DNA of 64,000 nucleotides, taken from positions 14,449,129-14,513,128 of the forward strand of contig CM082576.2 of assembly GCA_040954595.2 (NCBI GenBank). Reading direction: 5' to 3'. Shown piece after piece: positions 28,129 through 41,400 of the stretch. The notes beneath the pieces are model-generated. The model searched no databases. It saw nothing but the letters and a program-made list of their open reading frames with translations, and was not told the origin of the DNA. The number at the start of each line of letters is the position of its first letter. The first letter of the stretch is position 1. The position numbers were made by a program, and so were the translations under genes. Source of the DNA: Balanoglossus misakiensis (lineage: Eukaryota; Animalia; Hemichordata).

Positions 28129-31100
28129 CACCATCATCACTACCACCATCACCATCATCACCATCATCACTACCACCATCACCATCATCATCATCATCAT
28201 CATGCATTTCTTAGATTCTTTTCATGGTTTCACACATTTCGTATACCAGTAGTACCATTCTGATGTGTCAAAGTTTCCAGCACTTAAAACTGAAAGAGGA
28301 ACTCAATACAGCGTTTCTCTGTTAGAGCCTAACTGATGAGCACTTACTGTTAGATTTATTGCTTTTGTGCTAGGCTGCTCAATCAACTTCATGGCTAGCG
28401 TTCCTGGCGACGTCCTTGTGGTCAATATCACACAATTTTTGGGATTACCACAATAGTCCAAAAATAAATCTCTTGAGAAGCCCCACTCCAAATCTGGCAC
28501 ACTGGCAAGAACAGTCTGTGGATATGAAGAACATATGAAAGGCTAGCTATGTGGTTACAGGAATGGGTTGAACATATAATTTTGCAAACAGGTTTCGGGT
28601 TATCCTACAAAGCACTTTACTGCTTGAATGAATTATCATTGGTCGTACATGTTAAATGGCTTTGGGCACTTCTGATCTTGAGTGACGTAGAGTTCTCAAC
28701 TGTGAAATCAGATAAAACATACAGACATACATCCATCCATACAGACGAAACCTATCCCATAAGGTCCCACTGGTATATACCTATATACAAGTGGGACCTA
28801 ACAAAACAGACTGACTGCTGTCATTCATAATTAAACACTGTACAAAGTAACTGACCCGGCATCATTTGAAATTTAGCCATGTTTTTAATATGTCACTTAC
28901 AGGCTCTGTAAACAGTACAGCATTCTGGAATTATCCAATATAGCATTCAAATTAACTGATTCATGTAGTGTATCACACTTAATAGATCCATCTGCATATA
29001 AAACCCAGATTCCTTTCTACCAGGCAGTGCATGTGTTATGAAAAATCAGTGTCCCAGACATAAAGATGCCAGTGTTTAATTATACTTGTATCATGCTGGA
29101 CAACAATAACACGACCGCATTCAATATTGAAATGAAAAGACATTATCTTGATTATGGATTAGACACTTACCCTGGGTTCTGGCACTTTCTTGAGTTCCGA
29201 CAAACTGTGACACAACTGGAGATGTTTGAAGTGGAACGGGTTGTTTCTTCTGTCTTCGAAAGATCTCATGATCTTGTCACTCATCCATTCCACCTGAGAC
29301 TTGGCAAACTCCACCACGTTGTAACTGACATTGTTCAACAACGCCAGGGAATAAGAGCCAAGGCCGGACTCTTGCGATCTCCACATTTGGTCCTGTATGG
29401 AAAATACACACAACAGCATCAAATACGAGTCAACAGGGAACCATGATTCACATCTTTGCCATCGTTACCAAGCCAAAGCAAATATTATGATGACAAGCAC
29501 ATTGAGAAGACATTTTTATCGGTATGGTATAGGTAGGAAAGTCAGTCCAACTATTCCAAGTTTTTAATAAAGATCATTCAGAAGACATGTTTTTAATCAT
29601 TCAGAAGACAGGAACTGCGGTCGAGCATATTTTACATTTTACACATTTTTATCCACAACAAATGTCATCGTGTGTGTCACTAAATTGGAGAGAACCGAAA
29701 TGTGGCTCCATCATCATCATCATCATCACCAGACATAGACTTCCATAATAATCTGGTTCAGAGAAACACTCTGAGGTTGACAGAATAGAGCATGCTGTTG
29801 AAAGCTGGTCAAATTTTCATGGAAGAGTCTGAGCAGTTGAAGAGTACAGTATAAAGTCAAAAGTATGATGATTTTTGACACATGGCTAAACAGACATACA
29901 TTTAGGTTGGTGAGACAATTCAAACAGAGAAATTTCAAATGTAGTTTCAAGGTCATGAAATTCATACACAACACTAGAAAATACTTACCAATAGCTGGCA
30001 TAATTCTAATACTCTACCAGCAGTGTCTACGGCCACTAAAACGTTGCCACCATTCCTCATTGTATGCAAAATATTGGCTGTTGAGGACATCAAAGATAGC
30101 ATAAATGAGGCTGAATTCAATTGTAGAGCACTTTTACAGGGTACGATTTTAACAAGCAGTTACCTCTCTCCAGGCCTTTTAGGCAAGTATTTCCTCAATT
30201 ACGTCAAAGCAGACAAAATCAACACATTACTTACATGAACTAAGATCTGCATGTGAACAATAATCAACACTTCGGAATACATTTTTTTTCAAGTACATGT
30301 ATAAACAAACACCAAATCCAGAATCTAATCAATTCAAGTATTCTTCGCACAGAAACTAGTAATCAAATATCCATGTGAGTGAGACACGCAATAACAGATC
30401 TAACACAAGGTTAAGATATTATCATAGTTTATGACACAATGCAGAAAATCACCACAAAGACAACGACATACTTACTCATAAGCTGTTCATCTCTGGTCTT
30501 CCTCTTTGCTTGATAGTATGTACTATTATAGGCATCTGTGATGAGTAAGGCTGGTCTGGTTATTGATTCCAAGACACCACCATTCAGATGCCTTTCCTTT
30601 TTGTGATTATAATCTACAGCATATATGATATCTTCCTCTCCTTCTTTCAATATTTTCCATATTGTACCGCCTATCATGTGACCTGCCGGAAATGGCATGA
30701 TGGTCAAACCATGGCCCTTGCCTGTAGAGTAAATATACAAAAACAATGATTCATTAAATTCATAAATCAATTATGACAATATGACTGTGTTTGCTATACA
30801 CTGCTATTTCACATATCATTCCAATATTACTTGCACTACAATTGCAGATGTACATTAATAGTGTGACAAGCTCAGCTGTTTTTGATATTTACCACTACTT
30901 CATTTTCATACCAATCCATGATACTTGCACTAAAGTTGCAGGTGAAAATGTTTCACTTCTGTCAGATGTAAGTTTTCACTTTCTACTGTCTACACCATAC
31001 TCATGTAATGGTGTATACAATAGACTAAACCCGGGAAAGTGAAAAGTTTTTAGAAGAACCACAATAATTTAGCAACACTATCTTATGATATCATTTTAAC

Positions 31101-32266
31101 ATCCAAGAACAGATCTTTGAATAAGTGAAACAATGAACAAGGATCACTCCCCATGATTCGCGAATACTGTCTGCTGGTAAAAAACACTCACACACATTTT
31201 TGCAGATGACATACCTTTCATTTCACTGATCTGTGAGTACTTTAACTGAATAATCTTATCAAATGCAGCATCAACATCATCAAGTGTGAACAAGTCGAAG
31301 TCTTCTGTGTTGTGTCTGGACTGTAAGTGTAAAACAAGAAAGGTTTTATTTTAGGGAATGACTATCAACTATGGGATGCGTGAAAAGATGGCAAATTCTA
31401 GATGCTACTGATTTGGGACATTGGTTATGACAATAAACTGTTGTTAATAAAATGCATCATTTCTCTATTTTGTGCACTAAGTCAGGGTATTTTCACTTGA
31501 CAAGTCTAGGAACATGGGTTATAACTGATGCAAGATAGCCAGTGACTTGTTATAATTACAAAACAGAGATGGGGTTTACACTAACCTGGAACAAATCATA
31601 CATGAACATTTGCCCCATCTTGTAGACTGGACTTGTGGCGTAGATGGGACAACTGAGACCACATTTACCGACCATGTACGGCAATGCCCCCAGATGAAGT
31701 CCGTCTGGATACGACAACAGCACAGCATCTATTTGGTGGATGTGACTGCAAAACAATTTGCAAAGTTATGAACAGGAATTAGAAGGCACACATACAGTGG
31801 CCAGAATAATACTCTTTGTACAATATTTTTTTTACCATTGGTTGAACTGTTCACATACCAGGACGACTGAAACACATTCAACCACTGAACTCCACTTTGA
31901 CATCAATCTGACCACCACAAGGTGCACCATTGTTAAATAACAAGGCATAGATAGACCAAACTGTGGCAGTGAAAGTATAAACGTTGCCTGAATTTTTAAT
32001 GGTTCATCATCAATGACCAACTTTATCATTAAGAATCTAAAACTGTACAATCATATAATCATCACCAAGTGCTTTTCTAAAGAATACCATGATTTTAAGC
32101 AGCCCTCTACCCACCTTTTTAAATTCTCAATGTACTCTCCCGTAGTGAAGTTTTCATCCCAGCCACAGTCTAGTAGAAACCTAAACTCATCTACCTGCAG
32201 CAGGTAACAGAGAGGTCCTTCATCATAGGCACCAGAGAGGGCAGTCAATTTAATAATTGATGTCAT
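22241..32266 (-). CDS. CPSF2: Cleavage and polyadenylation specificity factor subunit 2 (CPSF100), multi-exon
   Basis: Starts [12 protein letters not shown]...[19 protein letters not shown]. Internal exons give [104 protein letters not shown]. Ends [23 protein letters not shown] (TGA 22243-22241). Confidence 0.97.
24431..24606. mobile_element. ~180-bp MITE, TTAA TSD, AGGTA termini (Kolobok-like)
   Basis: TTAA|aggtatacggtcacct ... aggtgaccatgtacct|TTAA. Confidence 0.8.
25405..25606. mobile_element. TA-type MITE copy, right end damaged
   Basis: tactgtaaaacactttattttcgcgag ... ctcgcgaaaataaagtg; homologous to 6408-6603. Confidence 0.65.
27929..28203. repeat. Imperfect (CAT/CGT/CAC)n microsatellite in a CPSF2 intron
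   Basis: Directly visible trinucleotide array. Confidence 0.95.
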
Positions 32267-33099
32267 CGCTGTTGCTTGTGTGTCTCTCTTCAGGTCAGCT
32301 GTATCTAGGATCAAAGTGATACAATTATTAAATTATGTGCACTTTGACATGTGATTGTAAAGATAGAAATTCAGTGTAGATATTAAGAGGGAGTGGAAAC
32401 TAATAATAACATATTCAATGATAATGTCATTAGAAATTCAGACACAAAAAAGTAGTAAGGTAACATTTATATCAACTCCAGCGGGTTGGGAATTGCAGTA
32501 AAGCATGGCAGTCTGTACATGTACTGCGTTAACATCCATCCTCGCTTCAAGTTGGTAAACACAGTGACATAGGAACATATCCACAACCCCAATAATTACC
32601 AGCTCCCTTGATTGTAAGTGTTTGAGAGTGGAGGCTATGGTTCCATGACCGAAAATGTACAACACAGACTGCATTGCAGACATTGGCTGCAGTTCAGTAG
32701 CCCGAGGTTTTGCCTTTATTTGTGTGTTAGACGGCTGGTTTGGCCGTCTAACACACAAACCAAGGCAAAACCTCGATCTACTGAACTGCAGCTATTATGT
32801 ATGCAGACATCAGCGTGGAGGCGACAAAAAGCATAAAACCTTGCAGCCCCAGCCTACCTGAGTAAAATCGGCTGCAGAGATGGGCTTCGTGTTTACATTC
32901 ACTGTGTTTTTGCTATTCTCCTTCTGCGATACAGCAGACGATCGGAGAACAGCAAATTTGCATGTAAATGTAAACATGGAGCCAATATCATGAATATGAC
33001 ATACATTTATCTCTACAGCTGATTTAATCAGATTGACGTCCAGCGAAAGGATTAGTCTGTTCCGCAAAGTCGGTCATCATGTACAGGACAATATTTAAC

Positions 33100-33225
33100 T
33101 TACTTCTTAAACTGGTTTCTAGTACTCTGATATTGTCAAACGCAAAGTCTCAGACCACACTACATCCAGTAGGGGGCCGCCATCTTTGATGGGTTCATGC
33201 AGAACAGAGCATCATGGGAACAACC
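33100..33225 (-). promoter_or_regulatory. Probable CPSF2 promoter and non-coding first exon
   Basis: YY1-like AAGATGGCGGC on the minus strand (~33176-33186), ZNF143-like TTCCCATGATGC (~33209-33220), CTCF-like CCAGTAGGGGGC (~33166-33177), and a minus-strand GTAAGT donor near 33103. Confidence 0.45.
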
Positions 33226-34376
33226 AACTTTAACTAATTTGTGTTCTTCAAGAGCGTGAGCGAGCACTGTGCTGACCAAAGTTGCTAAATTCTAGATTTA
33301 GCGCCGAAAATTATTTTAGATAGTATCGGCAAAATCTGTCAAGGGCTTATCTGATCAACCAGCAAATGTGTCCCTGTACCAGACATACGAACATCATGAA
33401 CATGCGCCCTCACGTGACTTGCAACCATTCGTGATTGATACCTGGATACCATACAGGCATCGGGCATGCTCTGTATCCTACTCCTTCACAAAATAACACA
33501 TATTTAAAAAAAAAATAAGTACGTTGTTTTTATGTGTGCATGACACAAATAACACCGAGCCACTCGAAAGAAAAAACAGTCCGTGATACAGTACTACTAT
33601 TCTAAAGTTTCTAACTGTAGAATGATTTGTGAATGATATGAAAATCCTTAAAAGTAATTAATTTAATAATAAATATGCCACACTCATGCACCCGAATGTA
33701 AGTCTATACATGCATATGAAAAATAGAAATGTTTGGATAGGCTGTGATGAAAGACCAAATCTTTGAAGACAAATGTTAGATTGCCCCTAGCTGCCTGTGT
33801 TCTCCAAACCATGGGGGTAGGTGTGTTTTGATATTCATGATAACGTACGGTATGTACAAAAGAGAAAAAAAAATCACTGGAGAGAAAAAATATAAACATT
33901 TATAGGTCTATTCGATCGGCAAATCAGAGTAATAGTTGTCGGTTTTGCTCCGATGAGAATTTTTGACATCACGTTGTCAAATTTACTGCAAGCCCAACTT
34001 CTGTCACAATCGGGCGCGGTTTTCGTGACTGTACGTTTTTGTGATGATGATAATACAGTCATTTTTTTACAATTTTAATGCGATTATTTCGGCGAAATCC
34101 AGGGTCGAAGTAGGCCTATTTTTATTTAACACGATTGGAACCATTTTTTGGATAATTGCAAGGTAATAAGCAATGTAAAACCTCTCAGAACAGTACATAT
34201 AGTCTATATACACTCGCCATATTCATTTATCATTTTGTGCCGTTTAGTTTTGGCCAAACAATGACAGAAATATTCTCCCCAAGTACCACGAATCATATAC
34301 AGTAGTGACGCTGGGCGACGCCTACGGCATCGAACAACAGCAAGGAATGCTACATTGTTTTTTACAAATAATATTT

Positions 34377-34467
<91 letters not shown>

Positions 34468-34485
34468 ACAACAACAACAACAAAC
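34377..34485. repeat. (CAT)n(CAA)n microsatellite
   Basis: Directly visible. Confidence 0.95.
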
Positions 34486-35433
34486 AACACAAACAACACG
34501 ATTCCTGGCTCTGTCCCCTGTGATTACACTATATAATTTTTTCCAGGAATAAGATAGCGTCCGAGGCTGATGAATGGTTACCCTAAAAGAAATACGGTCA
34601 CATTCATGAGAACCGAGAAGAAATCACCCCTATTTTTTTCCGGAGTTGAATTTCAAATTTAAGACAATGTTGCTCTCTAATTTTAAAATGTTGCACGATG
34701 ACCACCAGATTTTTTCTCAATTATAAGAGATAATAAGCTAAAGTTTGCAAAGCAAATGATTTTCGATACTACGTTTGCGCGTAATATTCCCAGTCAGAAC
34801 CATGGGGGCGCTAGTTACTAGCGCTCATCCTTCATGCATGCACTGGCGCGGCGCCCGCGCCCAGCAGCTGGATGGTTCATCAGCTGGGCTTTTGATTTCG
34901 GTACTTGCATGTTGATAGACATCTTTTACGCAGAAAAAGCACTAGACTGTCCCAGTAGTATATAGGACTCGGACGCGATCGACGGATGCGGTCCCCCAGC
35001 CCGTAGTCCAAAGTGGTCAAGCCCCTTGTTTTGTTTTGTTTCAATCACGTGATTCCTTTTGTGTGACGTCCAAAGATCAGCTGATCGTTGTACTAGCTGA
35101 CGGTGATACCGAATGCTGGTATTAATCTGCATAATATGACACTATCACTGCTTATTTTTAAACATGCTCGCGTGTTGCATTATTGATAGCGATTTTGCTT
35201 TCTATGTACGTCCTCGATTCATGTCCGGGTCTTTAGTACACGAACATTGCCAACCAAGGTTAAAACATTTGTGATAGAGCCACGGGTACAGTAAGGTGTA
35301 CCATTGTCAACTTTCCTTTCGCTTGTTTATTTTGTGCGCTCCCAATGTGCTGGTATGGTATCAGATAACCGTACCTACGCGTATTCTGTGAACGTTGACA
35401 AAACGACGAACTTGATGACACAACGGACAGTTC

Positions 35434-38400
35434 ATGAAGTGGACACCCGGAGTTGCTGCGGACGCTGGTATCGTTGTGGTGGTCCGGACTGGTATCCTCT
35501 GTAAAGCAGTCATGTCGTACGTCTGGTCACTACTCTGGTTGATGACTCTGGCGGGTGTCAGTGCGTTACATTTCTTCACAGATATCTTCCGTGGAAAGGT
35601 GAGATTCACTGTTGAATTTTTCACGATTTTCGTTGAATATATAATGCTAAATAATTACATGATATCACAAATTTCTTTAAACCAGAAACTATGTTCCAAC
35701 GTTTTTTACGTTTCCAAAGCCTGTATAGTGACACACACAACCTGTATGTGTTGTCTGGTGTGAAACATCATCACCATACTGAATTTAAATGCCCTCTACC
35801 ATTATTTGATAAAGATTTGTTACCATTGTCAAAAATAGGAAGTGAAGTGACGTGGAAATATGGTTTGTGTGACTAGAAATGAGATATTTTTTTATGATAG
35901 AGAAAGGTGTTTACAGGAATGCATTGATGCTGACACATCAACAGTTGTAATCCAATCATCTTGAAGCCAGGTGGGTGTGTAAAAATAGACAACTGTTGAT
36001 CTAGATGGATGTGCATATGGTGCATCGTTTTATTGAAAGCACTGGGTGCCGTTTATTATATCAATCATACCAGACTATATTTGACCAACATTTTCACTAT
36101 GACATATATTGTGCAAGAAATTGAAACTGAATTTTCAGAAATTTTCCGTCATTATATAGATTCCGAATGAAACATTTGAATGTGATGTACACTTGACTGG
36201 GGTTACCTAACAATTTGCATGACTATTCTTGCTGGTATAGACTGGACACTGCTGGTAATGAAGTCTAGTGCATGACTAAAATGAAATCTGATGTGGGTTA
36301 TGTTTTAATTTAGATGCTGGAAAAACGTTTGAAGTTACATACCTTTATGCTTTAATTAATATACTTAATAGTGCAGAAAATAGATGTTTTGTTAGGTCTG
36401 TTTGACCTGCACCAAACAATTCTACTGAAAACAGTGTCAGTTTCTATACAGACTTATACGTGCAGACATAAAAATACAGTAGCATTATTATTCTCATAAA
36501 TTTAAATCCTTAATCAACTGATTAAGGATTAACTGAGAGAAAGGAAATCCTTGACCAGTGCATACAATTATACAAAGTTGATTATTATTGGTTGGTGATG
36601 ATCTAAAATCATTTAGCCTTGAAACAGCTACCGGTAGTTCTAACAATATATGGCAAAATTTGAAATGAATGAAACATCCAACAGGTTGCTACTTGTAATT
36701 CCTGATGTTGCCCTTGAAATTCAGCATAATCGTATTTATATTAGATTATAATGTCAGATTCCACCTTTCTACATGAACATGTACTTGCTGTCAGTCCACA
36801 TATATAATGGTACCATGTAGTCTTGGAGTTTCTGCATGACTTGTCGTTTTGCCTGTTTAGCTATTAACGCTACTTGTTGATTTTGCTGTCAGCACGTTTT
36901 AATGGCAAAACTGGCACATTAAAGGACTAGAAACTACCAGAATGTGACGGATGCACCAACATGTACAATTGCTTCCAAGTGATGATGGAAAATGAATGAC
37001 GTAGGATTAAAATAGGAGAACTACTTTGGATGGTGTACACGTGTGGTAGTGCTATTGTTCGAAAGGATAATGGTATTTTCAGTTGATGCTAGCTGTTTCT
37101 AAATTTATAATCTGTCAACATTGAAAAAAAAACATTGTGTTGCTGATCCTCAGTGTCTGCGATATACCGTAAATTTAATGACAATGATAACTTGTCAAAT
37201 GCACCTGTTTTGATGGATTTGAAATGAAATGGATTTAACTGATTAAGAGTTCTCAAAAATATCTGGTTCCCATGCTCACTCATATGGATGCTTGATTATA
37301 TATTATACTAAAATATATTTTGTGCAAATTACTCTTTAATTTCACAAAATAAAGTGTGACTGCATTTTTGAAATGGTTCCTGACAAACTTGAACATAAAG
37401 AATGGAAACATTTAAATCATAGTTCTGAAAGTCTGATGCATTATACTATAAAAATATTTGCAAATTACTCTTTAATTTCACAGAATATTTAAGTGTGATT
37501 GCATTTTCGAAATGGTTCCTGACCCAAACTTGAACAAATGCAAAGAATAGAAACATACGATTGAGTTCTGAAAGTCTGCATGCGTTACTGCCCTATATAC
37601 CCAATAACTTTGGTTCAGCCATGTTGAATTTTAATTGTGGTTTTATCTGTGTACATGGAATGGGCATTAAATGACCCTGGGAGTCTCCTTCAACATGGTG
37701 ATAGAGAGATTTTGATTTTTACCTGTCTCGTATACTTCATATACCGGTAATGTTCCATTTTTCAGTATGTTAACAAGAGGTGAACCTGCCATATTGATAC
37801 ACAACATCATACCTGATTGATATTGTTTTCTTGTTTGTTTTTTTCCGCCAGAAAAAGAAAGAACGCACCTCAGGTTCTGCTTTACACCAGGTTTTACAAA
37901 ATTATAAGGTAAGGCCAATAATCTTCATGACCTTTAAATGAAGGCGACCATAATTACATTGATGATTTGAGTCAAGTTCATTACACAATCACTTTTTTGG
38001 CTATTATATTCACATTTGGGAACGCATGTAGAGTGTAGATCTAGTTCATAGAAACCTCTGTAACATATTGAACTCCCATCCATGCATGCCGGAGGTACTA
38101 AATTTAGCTCAAATAAGTGGGGAAAACTAATATTTACTGGTTTGCAGCCTTTCACGGGGACATCAATGGATAAACAGAGAACGAGTCAAGGATTTTGTCG
38201 TGTACAATATGGTGGTTGTTTTTAATGAAGCAAAAATGTGTGAATTTATTGATTTCAGGGAGAGAGTGTTAGTCGTAATTCAGATGTACAAACCCAATGG
38301 TGATTCATATTAAAAAGAAAACTGTCAACATGTTTCACTTAATGGCCATCATCTGTAATTTGTTACTTTTCTTCTAGTACTTTGTTGACAAATTTAGTAG

Positions 38401-41400
38401 CAAGGTGTAAGTGAGCATTGCATGAATTTGCTTATGGGACTTTAAATTCGGTTTCCAAAAATCAACGACGTGGCACTGGCACTGATGTTGACCAATTTTC
38501 TCACAATACATGTACGGTCATGTTCAACAGCTTTCTGTGCTATCGTTGTAAAACAATAAATGTCACACAGCATATTGCACAGTATAGATATTGTAGGCTG
38601 TCAAGGGCAGCCAGGTCTTGAACAAATAGAACAATCTATAGTTTGGTGGATCATGTGACTTCCAAGACTTTGGATCTTTTTGCCTGGATTTAGAGTTGAC
38701 CCTTGCTTGTAATTGAAAGTTGGCAATTTCTGGATCTGACTGCAGAGTGCATTGAAACTGAAATAAGTCATGTGAAAGCTGAGCCTGGAATGTTTCATCT
38801 CGGATGGCATTAACAAGGGGGATTGTCCCCTTTGCTAGATTCTTTTTTGGGGGGAGGGGGGGAGGGGGTCCACTACAGGCAAGGAGGGACTGTGATGTGT
38901 CTGAGGTATGACTGACATCATTTTATGGGGTGCTGTTCAATCCTTGACAAATTGCAAGGGGGTGCCAAATTTCAAAAGAGGGTGAATCGTCCCATTTACC
39001 CCTGTCTAGATAAAACACTGTTATGCTTACCTGTACATGTACATACAATTAATTTTCTGTTCCATAAAGTCTGCCTTTCTTTTATTCACACAAAGGTGTT
39101 CCCAATCCACACGAAAACTGGGTGGGAACTGGAGAGGTTCTGCCACGGAATCAGAGTATGGAAGCATGAATTTGCCGCCTTATCACAAAAAATTGTGATC
39201 TACGGTTGTCAGACAGTTGCCACAGCAACACCACAGGTAATGTTACATTCTGCAATTACATAGGATATAGATTTATTATTTACAAAATTATTGCTAAACA
39301 ATTATATGGAAATAATGTAGTGTATAGACCTGAATCAGTGATGTATGAAATAACTGACTGAGTGGTATACTAGCCAAAACCACCAGCTGTGAGAAAAAAA
39401 CTACTAGCTGTTGAAACACCAGTATTGGTTCAGTGGAAAATCCTGGGAAAAGTATATAACCACACGTGGTGCTAAAAAAAACACTCAAACAGGAATGAAT
39501 TTCAGTTTTTGTTCACATCTTTTGGGATAACATTTAAAAAAAAATTCTTGTAAAAAGACCCAATAATCATACTGCTTGTAAAATATTTCTAGTGTTTCTG
39601 AAAAACGACACTGGGTGACCTGGTGATAAAGTCTAGATTTCTGTGTAAATATGAACATTGCCGGTCTCAATCACTGACTGGACATGTGATGGATAGTCAT
39701 ACTTGCAACGGGTCCTGGTCTACACACAAGACATCTGCATCTGATATAAATACAGTAATGAGAAAATATGGGTGACCTCATTTCGTCACTCAATGGGAAA
39801 TTCCAATGAAGAAAGGCTCAAAGCTAGACCATGTACTAAAGCTCTTAAAATGATACAAAATACTTTCTTGTATTTAATAAAGTTTTATTGGGTCTCGATA
39901 TCTGTTTTCTATCACATTTCTTGGAATGTGTATGCTGTTCTGTTGTTCCATATTAAAACTGAATGAATTACATTTATTATCATTCTTAGTCCTTGAGATA
40001 TGAAACCCAAGAAATAGTATGTTAAAATCTTTGAAATATTTCATGTCCAGTGTGTGACTTGTCAAATATCAAAATTCTAAACTCGTGGTAATAGACAGCT
40101 ATATCCAGTGATGCAGAACAAATACATGTATACAGTTACAGAAACTGTAAAGTGGTCAGCCATATGACGAGGTGACTTACAAAACAGGCTAAAACTTGGC
40201 AGGATTAAAAAAGTAGTTGATTTGATGTTGAAATCATCTACAAAGAAGGAAAAAAACGTTTCATTTGGGAATTGCCTCAGTCAAATATATGTAGAAAATA
40301 CATTATATTTTTCAAAAAAATTATTTCAAGGGCTAATTCCCATTTATGGGCTGTAGAATGTTAAGATTAAAAAGAAATCGAATACATAAATGTGAAAAAT
40401 ATGAATACAGAATAAGACTTATACAGGTAAGGCAATTGAAATTTTAGACTAACCAATCTGAGAAGGCCTCTGAAAATTTTATATGGTAATAAATATCAAT
40501 AGCAGAATTTTAATGTATTCACTTAATTATAGTACCCTGCTCAATTATAAGACCCCATGGACTGTTTGATTGATTTGTACGCAATGGTGAATTTGATTAT
40601 AACACCTATCATTTGGGGAGGGTACCCAACCATCTCCCCCTCCCCTCATTCTGTACTGAATATGTAGATAAGAATATTGTTGTGGAACATTGTTAAAACA
40701 ATGCGGTAACACATTTACTGATACAAATCCATTTATATTCATGGCATAACTAAAAATCCATTGTATGTATGGGGCATAATTTTTATACATAATATCAGTA
40801 CACATTTTCCTATGTCGTAGCCTTTCTATTTTGAGATGAAAGCATTTGCATATATTAGTGACATTAAAAAACATAAGGTAAGGCGGGTGTTTTAAAACCC
40901 AGGTTTTTAAAGATCTTTGAGTGTTGAAAGGGGTAATATAAGAGACTGAACGTGGTAGACATACCAAATTCTTTCACAGTCACCATACAACTCTGGAGAA
41001 CAGAAGGTTCAAAATGTTCCATTTGCTGAAGGCCACGTTAAAGGTATACAGTCACCTCCAATTTACATATGCCCATATATGGCTGAAATGGCGTATTTGA
41101 GCATTCTAAAGAACATATGGTCAGGTCTGGTGGCACTCTTTTTTCGCATGTTCCACCCACTGAAAATCTGTGATTGGCTAGATCACAATTTACCATGGTA
41201 ACTGTAGCTAAAATTGTGTATACCTTTAACAGTTTGAAAGCTGATTGATTTCTGGCTACTCTCCTTGCAACATTTAAAAGTCACCTAAGAGTTGATAAAC
41301 GTTGTCGATGAACTTCTATGGAAATGTACAGCATCCGATAATACAGGGCTGATACCTGCAGAGAATTTTGTAATAAACTAGCTCAGTCGTAATAGTGAAC

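Noticed and set aside
27871-28263. Poly-His, poly-Asp and poly-Met ORFs
   Set aside because: Translations of a (CAT)n microsatellite in a CPSF2 intron; the flanking CPSF2 exons do not require it.
34305-34552. Poly-Ile and poly-His ORFs
   Set aside because: Microsatellite artefact.
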